Shown one piece after another: positions 1-9,103 of a stretch of 32,563 bases of DNA. Source of the stretch: Archaeoglobaceae archaeon. GTDB lineage: Archaea > Halobacteriota > Archaeoglobi > Archaeoglobales > Archaeoglobaceae. The notes below the pieces were generated by a model. It saw nothing but the letters and a program-made list of their open reading frames with translations. It searched no databases and was not told where the DNA came from. Where the stretch lies: the NCBI GenBank assembly GCA_038893835.1, contig JAWAQR010000014.1:1-32563 (forward strand), read 5' to 3'. Both the position numbers and the translations under genes were made by a program. How positions within the stretch are numbered: the first letter of the stretch is position 1; the number at the start of each line of letters is the position of its first letter.

Positions 1-325
1 TCATCGCTTTGTCAGCACCAAAGCCATTTGCAATCCCCATGAGGAGTAAGAATGCACCTATTATCCAATTCCTGCTTGACTGTAAGTTCCAAACATTCCC
101 AGCTTTATCTCAACAGTCGAAGATAGGACGAGTCTTTTTGGATCAATACTGGGACTTTGAAAATTCCCGGGAAGTAATCACTGAAGATGCAGTAAATGAA
201 GAGGAGAAGAAGTTTCTATAACTAATTTACTCTTCCATAATCCCTTTTCCTTTAAGTACTTCGCTAAGCCCGGATGTATTGAGACAAACTTGGAGCCAAT
301 GGCTCTAGTCCAGCGTCAACTTGGT
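1..325 (-). pseudogene. Decayed TRAP transporter remnant: C-terminus of a TAXI-type solute-binding protein joined to a frameshifted internal part of a 4TM/12TM fused permease
   Basis: Manual minus-strand translation gives AIGSKFVSIHPGLAKYLKEKGLWK (TAXI C-terminal HPG..KY.KEKG.W pattern, ~230-305). It is followed in changing frames by LLLFIYCIFSDYFPGIFKVP / SIDPKRLVLSSTVEIKLGMFGTYSQAG / WIIGAFLLLMGIANGFGADKAM, which resemble the fused TRAP permease. Frameshifts lie near 150 and 70. Confidence 0.6.
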
Positions 326-351
326 ATCACCAGCCCCTCTTTACAGATTGG

Positions 352-1212
352 TTAGGATTGATAAGTCTCATAAAGCTCTTTTCTCCTCGCTTCCAGAAGT
401 TCCTCCTTTACTCCGCAGAACTCTGCAGCAGATTGGACTTCTGTAGAGAATTGCTTTGCATAATTAAAAACTTCTGAAATCGCACTTCTCCAGTTTAAGT
501 CTCTTACTAAATGATGATCAAGGACAAGCTTTTTTGAAACTTCTGAAATTTTCTTTAGATTATTTATTGCCTTCTCCATTGAGCTCTTGGAAAATCTGTA
601 TCCGAGCATATAACTCATCGGACCATCTATGAACACTATTTCAGGTTTCCTTTCTAAGATAAAGGCAGTTTGATCCTCATGCAATGGCCCCTCAACGTCT
701 GATGAGAAAAGAAAGCTCGTCTTTCCATTTGAAATGAAGACTTCTAAAACAAATCCCAGCTTTTGATTTGCTCCATGAAATACGGGTTTAGACAGCTCGA
801 TCAGAGTATTCCCAATTTCATATCTTTTCCCATCACAGAAGTCTATCTCGACATCTATATTCTTTAGTTTTTCAAGAAAGTAACCAGCCCTTCTCAACTG
901 ACTTCTGTTTATTTTTTCCTTTGGATGCTTAATCAACAGTTTTTTACCTTCAAAAATTTCAACTTCTTCTGGATTGTGGTGGTCGTAGTGATAGTGAGTT
1001 ATTATAACGATTTCGCTTTCTTTCACGAAATCTTTTATTTCTTTCCACTTTTTATTCATCCTTTCAATTTCGATCCTGTGTGGAGGAAGGCCGTATCTGG
1101 AGGGGGCTAAACTCACGCTTGGGTCTATCGTTATACTCACGTCCTTCGTTTTTACAAAGGTAGCCATGCTCCTAACGCCCATGGAGTCGAAGGCTATGGG
1201 TATTATAACCAT
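352..1212 (-). CDS. Metallo-beta-lactamase-fold hydrolase (UPF0282 family)
   Basis: THYHYDHH metal motif, N-terminal [13 protein letters not shown], plus FSSDVEGP and LDHHLVRD motifs. Confidence 0.85.
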   Translation of the reverse strand: MVIIPIAFDSMGVRSMATFVKTKDVSITIDPSVSLAPSRYGLPPHRIEIERMNKKWKEIKDFVKESEIVIITHYHYDHHNPEEVEIFEGKKLLIKHPKEKINRSQLRRAGYFLEKLKNIDVEIDFCDGKRYEIGNTLIELSKPVFHGANQKLGFVLEVFISNGKTSFLFSSDVEGPLHEDQTAFILERKPEIVFIDGPMSYMLGYRFSKSSMEKAINNLKKISEVSKKLVLDHHLVRDLNWRSAISEVFNYAKQFSTEVQSAAEFCGVKEELLEARRKELYETYQS

Positions 1213-1293
1213 GAGAGCTTATTTTCTCACAGTCTCTATAAGTTTTTACCTCCAACCGCAAAATTCTTAAGTCTTAGAACTAAATCTAAAAGG

Positions 1294-1366
1294 GGGCTCG
1301 TAGTCTAGCGGTTATGACGTCGCCTTGACGAGGCGAAGGTCCCCGGTTCGAATCCGGGCGAGCCCA
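1294..1366 (+). tRNA. tRNA-Val(GAC)
   Basis: Acceptor stem GGGCTCG/CGAGCCC with discriminator A; anticodon stem TCGCC/GGCGA with loop TT-GAC-GA; T-loop GGTTCGAATCC; CCA not encoded; TATA-like TTCTTAAG at 1264-1271. Confidence 0.96.
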
Positions 1367-1427
1367 TTTTTAAAATATCTAAAACATGTTTGGAAAAGTT
1401 TTTTAAATTCGTAGTCTATAGCATTTG

Positions 1428-1482
1428 CTCTCACCATCCCAAGCGCTGAAGCTGGGCGAGCTATGAGGGATGGTTCCCCTTT
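1428..1482 (+). ncRNA. Candidate structured RNA (small RNA or 5' leader)
   Basis: About 60% GC (33 of 55 nt over 1426-1480) in AT-rich surroundings. 8-bp stem ACCATCCC (1433-1440)/GGGATGGT (1467-1474) encloses an AGCT/AGCT hairpin flanked by CTGA and ATGA. BRE-TATA GAAAAG-TTTTTTAAA lies at 1393-1407. Confidence 0.4.
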
Positions 1483-1527
1483 AAAACAGATCATTAGTTT
1501 CATATACTGCGAAATAACTTCTTTCTC

Positions 1528-2622
1528 ATGGAATTTGGTACAGTTGCACCAACTTTTCCACCAATCAGCGAAGTTCAAAAGACGGCCAAGAGACTTGAGG
1601 AGAAAGGATATGATGCCCTGTGGTTTGCTGACCATTTGATGGGCTGGTATCCACATGAAATTTGGAAAGAAACGGTATTTTCCCTGAGATATCCTTCTTG
1701 TCACATGTTCTACGATGCCTTTTGCGAAATCTGTTACGCAGCTTCAGCAACGGAGAAGATAAAGTTTGGCATATCTGTTACTGAAATTATTAGGAGACAT
1801 CCAGTTGTGATGCTTCAACAAGCCGTAACTGCAAATCATGCAACGAATGGTAGGTTCATTCTGGGTATTGGAGCTGGGGAGGCTGAAAATATAATTCCAT
1901 ATGGTTTCGATTTTGATAAGCCCGTTGCAAAGCTTGAAGAGGCGCTGGAATTGATAAAGATTCTAATTTCTTCAGAATATGGGGAAAAAATAAACTTTGA
2001 AGGTAAGTTTTTCAGACTCAAAGATGCTGTTTTTGATTTGAAACCAGTCGGAGAATTACCGATATGGATCGGTGCACATGGAGATAAAATGCTAAGGCTC
2101 ACCGCAAAATACGCAGATGGCTGGCTTCCCACAACTCTTCCACCGCAAATTTATGCGGAAAAAGCTCAAAAACTAGAAAAATTTGCAAGAAATATTGGAA
2201 GAGATCCGGATGAAATAAAGAAAGCTATTTTTCTTAGCATAGTTGTTGATGAAGATAGAAAGGAAGTTGAAAGATTGTTGAGGACAGAAATCCTAAAAAT
2301 TCATGCACTTTTGATGCCTTCAGAATTTTACGAAATGCTGGGCTACAAACATCCCTTTGGAAAGTTTTATGGTCTTTTAGATTATATACCAACAAAATAT
2401 TCAAAAGATCAAATAATTAAAGCGATCAACAATGTACCAGATGAAATTACTAAAATAGCCTTTGTAGCTGGTACAAGGGATGATGTGATCTCCGAACTTG
2501 AAAAGTATGAGAAAATCGGTGTAGAACATGTTGTGTTATGGAATCTAACATACTTTGGCGATGTTAGTAAAATAAAATCTTCCTATGCACTTATAGATGA
2601 AATAATAAAATTATTTAAATAA
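1528..2622 (+). CDS. LLM-class (luciferase-like), probably F420-dependent oxidoreductase
   Basis: GYDALWFADH, GRFILGIGAGEAEN, PIWIGAHG and AKYADGW motifs of the Mer/LLM superfamily. Confidence 0.85.
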   Translation: MEFGTVAPTFPPISEVQKTAKRLEEKGYDALWFADHLMGWYPHEIWKETVFSLRYPSCHMFYDAFCEICYAASATEKIKFGISVTEIIRRHPVVMLQQAVTANHATNGRFILGIGAGEAENIIPYGFDFDKPVAKLEEALELIKILISSEYGEKINFEGKFFRLKDAVFDLKPVGELPIWIGAHGDKMLRLTAKYADGWLPTTLPPQIYAEKAQKLEKFARNIGRDPDEIKKAIFLSIVVDEDRKEVERLLRTEILKIHALLMPSEFYEMLGYKHPFGKFYGLLDYIPTKYSKDQIIKAINNVPDEITKIAFVAGTRDDVISELEKYEKIGVEHVVLWNLTYFGDVSKIKSSYALIDEIIKLFK

Positions 2623-2727
2623 TTTTTAGCTTTGAACTAAAATTATCAATAAAATTATTTAATAACTTTTTCACAGTTGAGGAAAAATTAAAATACAAAT
2701 ACCAATTCAAAATTTCTGGGGATTTAA

Positions 2728-3015
2728 ATGAGTTGGAAGTCTCACGGTTTCAGGTTCAAATCTGGTAGGAAGTTGAAAAAAAAGGTTAGGGAGAAGGGAA
2801 TAAGGTTAAGAAAATTCTTACAGGAATTTGAGATTGGACAAAGGGTCATCATAGACATCGAGCCGGCATCGCAGAAAGGAATGCCCCACCCAAGATATCA
2901 GGGTAGAAGTGGAATCGTTGTTGGAAAGAGAGGAAGGGCGTATCTTGTGCAAATAAAGGATGGTAGTATATTGAAGACGCTCATCTCTCGCCCGGAGCAT
3001 CTCAAAGCTGCCTAA
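2728..3015 (+). CDS. rpl21e: 50S ribosomal protein L21e
   Basis: KGMPHPRYQGRSG and RPEHLK motifs; conserved order with rpo4 and DUF655. Confidence 0.97.
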   Translation: MSWKSHGFRFKSGRKLKKKVREKGIRLRKFLQEFEIGQRVIIDIEPASQKGMPHPRYQGRSGIVVGKRGRAYLVQIKDGSILKTLISRPEHLKAA

Positions 3016-3026
3016 AAGGTGTTAGA

Positions 3027-3374
3027 ATGTTCAAAGAAGTAAAGAAATTTGAATATATAACGATTTCAGAGGCAAGGGAAATAATGGAAAAAATAGCCAA
3101 AGAAAGACAGGAAAAAGCTGAATTGCTTTTTGAAACGCGCAGAGCTTTGAGGCATTTGAGGAATTTTTCAAAGTTAAATGCTGAGAAAGCAAGGATGTTG
3201 GTTGAAGAACTTAAAAAACTTCCTCAGGTTGGTAAAGAAGATTTGGCTGTGAAAATAGCTGATTTAATGCCTAGGATTCCAGAAGAGGTTAGAATAATCT
3301 ATGCAAAGGAGAAAAATCTCAGTAACGAGGAAATAGAGCAAATTCTGGAAATTGTTAACAGATTTAGAGAGTAG
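3027..3374 (+). CDS. rpo4: RNA polymerase subunit F (Rpo4)
   Basis: AVKIADLMP..EEVRIIYAKE HRDC-like motif, position after rpl21e, AGGTG ribosome-binding site. Confidence 0.93.
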   Translation: MFKEVKKFEYITISEAREIMEKIAKERQEKAELLFETRRALRHLRNFSKLNAEKARMLVEELKKLPQVGKEDLAVKIADLMPRIPEEVRIIYAKEKNLSNEEIEQILEIVNRFRE

Positions 3375-3415
3375 AAAGTTATTAATATAGGCAGATATTT
3401 TTATAGGAGAGCGAT

Positions 3416-4003
3416 ATGGAGGCTGAGGAAGCAGAAAGAGTTAGCAAGATGGAAAAGTATGAAGACTACGCTTATGTGCTCGATTTTCTTCCTTATGGTC
3501 ATGTAGATGATAAAAGGCCAATTCACAAAAGAGAGCCATTGGCCCAAGTTGTTGGAGAAAAATTTTTCACACTACTTGAATTGAGCATCAAGAAGGACAA
3601 GAATCCACTTGTCATGGATAGACTCTACATTGGAAAGGGGGAAAGGGATGTTGTGAACAGGATTAAGAGAAAGCTTAGATATGAGGATTTAACCCCCTCT
3701 GCAAAGAAGGAGTTGCCGTTTGTTGTGGAAAAAATAGTTAAAATGAGAGAACCTGAATTTGTGGAATTTTTTAACAAGGCTGGACCGATAACTACGAAAA
3801 TGCATCAACTTGAGCTTTTGCCTGGTGTTGGAAAAAAAACGATGTGGGCTATAATTGAGGAGAGAAAAAAAGGACCATTTAAAAGCTTTGAGGATATCTC
3901 AACAAGAGTTAAGGGAGTTCAACCAGTAAAACTGATCGTTGGCAGGATAATATATGAGCTTCAGAATCCAAATGCAAAGTACAGAATTTTTGTAGAGAGT
4001 TAG
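3416..4003 (+). CDS. DUF655 family putative RNA-binding protein (HhH motif)
   Basis: YAYVLDFLPYG, HQLELLPGVGKK and PFKSFEDI motifs; conserved position after rpo4. Start could be the downstream ATG at 3449. Confidence 0.9.
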   Translation: MEAEEAERVSKMEKYEDYAYVLDFLPYGHVDDKRPIHKREPLAQVVGEKFFTLLELSIKKDKNPLVMDRLYIGKGERDVVNRIKRKLRYEDLTPSAKKELPFVVEKIVKMREPEFVEFFNKAGPITTKMHQLELLPGVGKKTMWAIIEERKKGPFKSFEDISTRVKGVQPVKLIVGRIIYELQNPNAKYRIFVES

Positions 4004-4061
4004 TGCTGACCAAAATAACTTTTGTCATAAAAATTTATTAATACTGAGGCATGTAGTTTTT

Positions 4062-4811
4062 ATGGAATGGAATGAATTCGGCAAAAAGATAGTGGAAATT
4101 TTGAAACTCAAAACTCCCCCTGTTGGGGTTAAGTTTTTTGAAAAAGAAGTGGAAATTGAGGGATCCTTTATTCCATCAAAGCATGGACTAAAAATGGCCG
4201 TTTGCCAGGCAATGTCTTTTGCTAGGTTTAGTGGGAGAAGCGTTTTGTTAAAAGCTGAAGATTTTGCCTGTCCGCCAGCGATGCTTTTGTATGGCATTGC
4301 TGATTACGAAAGCATAAAAGAAATTCTTATCTCTGCGAAATGGTTGAAAGATTCCAGTTGTGAGTTCGAAGAGAAAAGATTGCCGCTAGGTAAATACAAA
4401 GCATTTCTCTTTGGAGATTTGACGAAGATGAAAGAGAGACCAGATGTTATACAGATTTTTGCAAATCCCGAACAGGTTGGAAGGTTAATCCAGGCAAAAA
4501 CTTATTTCGGTGGAACTGTTAAAGCCTCTCTTACAGCTAAGATGGCCAGTTGCGCTGAGGCACTTTTACCAGCGTTAAATGGGGAAGTTACTGTAGCAAT
4601 TCCAGGAGCTGGAGATAGAGTTTTTGCCGCAATTGACGAGAGCGAACTCGTTTTTGCAATGCCATATGAATGGCTGGAGAGAATTGTTGAAGGTTTAGAA
4701 AATGCTGGAAGAGGTGCAAATATAAGCTATCCAGTTCAACGCTTCCTCTTCTTTACCCCAAGGTATCCGAAAACATACAGGGAAATTGCGGAAAAATTCA
4801 GGAAGCCTTGA
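4062..4811 (+). CDS. DUF169 domain protein
   Basis: LKTPPVGVKF, CQA..AR, ACP, PDVI...NPEQ, SC and PGAGDR motifs. Confidence 0.8.
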   Translation: MEWNEFGKKIVEILKLKTPPVGVKFFEKEVEIEGSFIPSKHGLKMAVCQAMSFARFSGRSVLLKAEDFACPPAMLLYGIADYESIKEILISAKWLKDSSCEFEEKRLPLGKYKAFLFGDLTKMKERPDVIQIFANPEQVGRLIQAKTYFGGTVKASLTAKMASCAEALLPALNGEVTVAIPGAGDRVFAAIDESELVFAMPYEWLERIVEGLENAGRGANISYPVQRFLFFTPRYPKTYREIAEKFRKP

Positions 4812-7110
4812 TTTTTTTGATCTTTTCTACAAAATTATTTATGTCCTCTGCCATTGCCTGGGCTTCACCAGAGGAGTGCCAGAAGTATTCGATTCTATCA
4901 GGATTTACGCCAAATTCTTTTAAGGCCAATCTGAGCATATCTATTCTCTCCTTTGCCTTGTAATTTCCGTATCTGAAGTGGCACTCACCAAGTCTACAAC
5001 CGGCTACTGCAACCCCATCTACTCCCTTTTCCAACGCCTTAAGAACCCATACAGGATCAACTCTGCCAGTGCAAAGGACTCTTATGACTCTGACGTTTGG
5101 TTCATACTGAATTTTAAGGGTTCCAGCCAGATCCAAGGCTCCATAGGCGCAATACCAGCAGGCAAAGAGAAGTATTAATGGATCTGCATTCTTTTCCTCA
5201 ACCAGGGCTTCGATCATGGCTTCTATACCTTCATCGCTGAAGAAACCCATGTCTATTGCATCCGCAGGACATGCGGAAACGCATATACCGCACATAACAC
5301 AGGCTTTCGGATTTATCTCAGCCTTCTTATTCACAGTTATCGCTTTAAAGTTGCAAACGCTCTCGCAAATTCTGCAGCCTATGCATTTTTCCTTGTTCAC
5401 AAAAGCGTAGAATGGTTCAACTTCTGTCACTCCTCCAAGAATAAACTTCGCAGCCTTCGCAGCAGCAAGACCTGCAGTAGCTATGCTATCTTGAATATCC
5501 TTTGGTCCGCTGGCACATCCTGCAACAAATATTCCGCGAACGTTTGTTTCCACAGGACGTAACTTTGGATGTGCAATTTCTACAAATCCATCCTCTCCTA
5601 TGCCTATTCCGAGCTTTTTGCAAATCTCCGTGTTTCCTTCAATTCCCACTGCCAGTACTACTAGATCGAAGTCTTCGGAGCAGATTTCCCCAGTTAGAGT
5701 GTTTTCAAAAGTCAAAGTAAGCCCACCATCTTCTCTTTCCATTACTTCTCCAACCTTTCCACGAATAAACCTAACACCTGAAGTCTGCACTTTTTTGTAA
5801 TATTCTTCAAACATTCTACCGAAAGCTCTGATATCGATGTAAAAGATCGTGACGTCTACTTCTGGATATCTCTCCTTTATTGCATATGCATTCTTTATGC
5901 TTGCCATGCAGCAAACTCTGCTGCAATACTTGTTTGTACTTTCATCCCTACTTCCAACACATAATATGAAGGCAACTCTTTTCGGAACAGTAGAATCCGA
6001 GGGGCGAAGAAGTCTTCCTCTCGTTGGTCCACTTGCAGAAAGCAATCTTTCGAGTTCCATTGTTGTAATAACGTTTTTGAACTTTCCGTAACCATATTCA
6101 GGTTTTCTTCTCGGATCAAAAAGCTTGTAACCCGTTGCAATAATTATCGCTCCAACTTCTATTTCCATTTTTTCAGGCTGCTGATCAAAAGTTATGGCTC
6201 CTGGTTTGCAGGCTTTTTCACACAGTTTACATCCAATACAGCTCTGCCAGTCCACTGCAGCGTAAAGGGGAGTTGATTGTGGAAATGGGATGTATATGGC
6301 TTTCCTTACACCAACTCCAAAGTCGTATTCACTCGGAACCTCAACTGGACAAACGCTGCTGCAATCGTTTATGCAACCTTTGCATTTTGAAACATCAACA
6401 AATCTCGGATATTTTATTATCCTAAGCCTGAAATTCCCGGCGCTACCTTCCAATTCCTCAACTTTGGCATTCGTTATGACTTCGATGTTCTCATGATTCC
6501 AGACCTCACTCATCTTTGGTGCCAATATGCAAATGGAGCAATCGTTCGTTGGGAATACTTCGTTTAGCAGAGCCATGTGTCCTCCTATGCTTGGATTTCT
6601 TTCTATAAGGTAAACTTTTAGCCCCATGTCTGCCAAGTTAAGAGAAGCCTCTATTCCAGCTATGCCCCCACCTATAACTGCTACGCTTTTCTTTACATCC
6701 ATCTTTTCCCTTTCCAGCGGCTTTGCCTTTCTCAACTTTGCCACATGCATTCTTATCAGATCTTTAACCTTTAAATTTGCTGATTTTGGCTTTGATTGAT
6801 GAACCCAGGAACACTGTTCTCTGATATTTGCGATTTCAACCATGTATGGATTCAGTCCAGCTCTTTGAGCAACTTTGCGAAAAGTTTGTTCATGCAGCTT
6901 TGGTGTACATGCGGCAACCAGTATTGCGTCGAGTTTTTTTTCTTTTATCGTACTCGCAATTTTTTCCTGTGCATATTCAGAACATGCATAATCTAGATCT
7001 TCAACATGAACTACTTCAGGAAGTCTTTTTGCATAGGAGACGATTTCATCAATTTCAACAATTCTCGCAATGTTGAGACCGCAATGGCAAATGAACACTC
7101 CTATTCTCAT
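4798..7110 (-). CDS. hdrA: Heterodisulfide reductase subunit A fused to a C-terminal MvhD ([2Fe-2S]) domain
   Basis: IGVFICHCG, AACTP, NIREQCSWVH, GGGIAG FAD motif, inserted and C-terminal ferredoxin motifs, CVGSRD..YCSRVCC. MvhD motifs are FACWYCAY, CTGRVD and GCRLGECH. Confidence 0.92.
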   Translation of the reverse strand: MRIGVFICHCGLNIARIVEIDEIVSYAKRLPEVVHVEDLDYACSEYAQEKIASTIKEKKLDAILVAACTPKLHEQTFRKVAQRAGLNPYMVEIANIREQCSWVHQSKPKSANLKVKDLIRMHVAKLRKAKPLEREKMDVKKSVAVIGGGIAGIEASLNLADMGLKVYLIERNPSIGGHMALLNEVFPTNDCSICILAPKMSEVWNHENIEVITNAKVEELEGSAGNFRLRIIKYPRFVDVSKCKGCINDCSSVCPVEVPSEYDFGVGVRKAIYIPFPQSTPLYAAVDWQSCIGCKLCEKACKPGAITFDQQPEKMEIEVGAIIIATGYKLFDPRRKPEYGYGKFKNVITTMELERLLSASGPTRGRLLRPSDSTVPKRVAFILCVGSRDESTNKYCSRVCCMASIKNAYAIKERYPEVDVTIFYIDIRAFGRMFEEYYKKVQTSGVRFIRGKVGEVMEREDGGLTLTFENTLTGEICSEDFDLVVLAVGIEGNTEICKKLGIGIGEDGFVEIAHPKLRPVETNVRGIFVAGCASGPKDIQDSIATAGLAAAKAAKFILGGVTEVEPFYAFVNKEKCIGCRICESVCNFKAITVNKKAEINPKACVMCGICVSACPADAIDMGFFSDEGIEAMIEALVEEKNADPLILLFACWYCAYGALDLAGTLKIQYEPNVRVIRVLCTGRVDPVWVLKALEKGVDGVAVAGCRLGECHFRYGNYKAKERIDMLRLALKEFGVNPDRIEYFWHSSGEAQAMAEDINNFVEKIKKIKAS

Positions 7111-7174
7111 TCGTAAAAATTGGAAACCTTAGTTATAACTTTTTCCAAAAATATTTAAATAAAAATTAATTAAT

Positions 7175-9103
7175 TTATATCTTTAAAGCTAATTCAAAAG
7201 CTTCCAAAGTTGCATCCAGAGCTTTTCTTGGCTTTACACAGTCTCCTATTCTGTATATTTCTTTAACTTTACCTTTTAGCTCCTCATATAGCTCATCTTT
7301 TGATCTCGTTCCAACTGCGAGCACAGCAGCATCGCAGTAAAGTTCTCTCAAACCACTTGGCGTCTCTACAACTACGGAATTTTTCTTTATCTCCACCGCT
7401 TTCGTCTCCGTTAACATTTCTACACCCTTCTCCTTTAGATATAGCAGAATTGTCCATCTTGTGCTAATTCCAATGTCCGCGCCTATCTTTGGGAGCATAT
7501 CTATCAGAGTAACCTTGCAATTTTCAGCGAGTTTCGCAGCAACATCGCAGCCAACTCCCCCGCCACCTATTACAACAACTCTCCCTTCAACTTTCACTTT
7601 ACCTCTTAGAACATCAAAGGCAGTAAAAGCATTCTCAACTCCAGGAATTTTTGGAATGAGTGGCTCAGCTCCGATTGCTATTATCACGACATCCGGATCT
7701 TCTGCCAAAACCCTTTCAGCGGTTGCAACAGTTTTATAATGAATCTTTACACCAAGCTTTGGTAGAACGTTCATGAAGTATTTTCCAACTTCGGCAAATT
7801 CATATGCAACTGGAGAAGCTGCTGCTAAGTTCAACTGTCCTCCCAACTTGTCCTCTTTTTCAAAAAGAACAACTTCATGTCCCTTTTTTGCCAAAAATTC
7901 TGCTACAGTACATCCAGCTGGCCCCCCTCCGACTATGACTACTTTTTTCTTAACTTCAGCTCTCAGATTTCTTAATTCTATCTCTCTCCCAACCGCTGGA
8001 TTTACCAAGCATGTTATCGGTAATCCCTGCATAACTCGATCCATACATCCTTGGTTGCAGGCAACACAGATCTTTATTTCATCAAATCTTCCCTCCTTAG
8101 CCTTTCTTGGAAATTCTGGGTCAGCTAATAGAGCGCGAAACATTGCTACCATATCTGCTTTTCCTTCTTGAAGAATTTTCTCTGCTATGAATGGATCATT
8201 TATTCTATGCGACGCGATTACTGGGATCTCAACACTTTTCTTTATTTCCTCCGCCAAATAAGCAAAACCACCTCTTGGCACGAGCATCGTTGTTAGAGGT
8301 CTTCTCGACTCGTGCCAGCCAGCCATGACGTTTATTGCACACACACCAGCATCTTCGAGTATCTTGGCTATCACCTTCATTTCTTTAACCGTATTTCCAC
8401 CTTCTATGAACTCATCTCCGGCAATCCTTATCAGAACTGGAAATTTACCGCATTTCTCCCTTATTCTTTGAATTATCTCAACAGCAAATCTCGCTCTATT
8501 TTCTATGCTCCCCCCATACTCATCTTTGCGTTTGTTTGTTGCTGGACTGAAAAACTGTGAAATGAGATATCCTGCTGAACCTATTAGCTCTACAGCATCA
8601 AAGTTTGCTTTTTTAGCTCTCAAAGCAGCCTCAGCAAATTCCTCTTCAATTTTTAGAATTTCCTCTTTTGTCAATTCTTTTGGAGTTCTTCTCGTGAATA
8701 TTGGTGGAGCGATTGGAGAGGGGGCTACAGGAGTTCTATTTGGGTCTAGTGATATTTCATATCTCCCCGGATGCCAGAGCTGGACCGCACATCGGACATC
8801 GTAAGAGTGAAAAACCTCTGCTATTTTCGCCAAATCTGGAATAAAGCTGTCATCATATATAGAAAGACCTCCAAAGAAATGTGGTTCGATCTTTGCAATT
8901 CCAACTATCGCAAAGCCTATCCCTCCCTTTGCCCTTTCCCTGTAGAATTCGAGAAGTCTTTCGGTCACTCTACCTTCGGGGGAATGGTAGTTCGTTTCCC
9001 CAGCAGGCATCACGATGCGATTCTTAATTTTCATTCCTTCAATTTCTATGGGTTCGAAAAGTTTCATAAAAACCGTTTGGCAGGGTGTTATATTAGTTTC
9101 CAT
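7175..9103 (-). CDS. NADH:flavin oxidoreductase (OYE family), FadH/2,4-dienoyl-CoA reductase-like, FMN + 4Fe-4S + FAD
   Basis: NRIVMP, ELIGSAGYLISQF, GWHE, CVACNQGC..C cluster motif, GGGPAG and GGGGVG. Start is either ATG 9103 (overlapping the lrp stop) or ATG 9067. Confidence 0.88.
   Translation of the reverse strand: METNITPCQTVFMKLFEPIEIEGMKIKNRIVMPAGETNYHSPEGRVTERLLEFYRERAKGGIGFAIVGIAKIEPHFFGGLSIYDDSFIPDLAKIAEVFHSYDVRCAVQLWHPGRYEISLDPNRTPVAPSPIAPPIFTRRTPKELTKEEILKIEEEFAEAALRAKKANFDAVELIGSAGYLISQFFSPATNKRKDEYGGSIENRARFAVEIIQRIREKCGKFPVLIRIAGDEFIEGGNTVKEMKVIAKILEDAGVCAINVMAGWHESRRPLTTMLVPRGGFAYLAEEIKKSVEIPVIASHRINDPFIAEKILQEGKADMVAMFRALLADPEFPRKAKEGRFDEIKICVACNQGCMDRVMQGLPITCLVNPAVGREIELRNLRAEVKKKVVIVGGGPAGCTVAEFLAKKGHEVVLFEKEDKLGGQLNLAAASPVAYEFAEVGKYFMNVLPKLGVKIHYKTVATAERVLAEDPDVVIIAIGAEPLIPKIPGVENAFTAFDVLRGKVKVEGRVVVIGGGGVGCDVAAKLAENCKVTLIDMLPKIGADIGISTRWTILLYLKEKGVEMLTETKAVEIKKNSVVVETPSGLRELYCDAAVLAVGTRSKDELYEELKGKVKEIYRIGDCVKPRKALDATLEAFELALKI

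Noticed and set aside
9-221. 70-aa plus-strand ORF
   Set aside because: No recognisable motif; it is antisense to the TRAP permease remnant.
1409-1418. TCGTAGTCTA repeats tRNA-Val bases 1298-1307; possible att scar
   Set aside because: Only 10 bp, from the 5' part of the tRNA; no integrase and no 3'-end duplication seen.
1463-1500. GGGATGGTTCCCC resembling the 5' part of a fluoride riboswitch; ACA at 1486-1488 suggesting H/ACA
   Set aside because: No downstream pseudoknot partner or fluoride-related gene; no lower stem or pocket geometry for H/ACA.
1312-1704. 130-aa minus-strand ORF
   Set aside because: Antisense to tRNA-Val and the LLM gene; shadow ORF.
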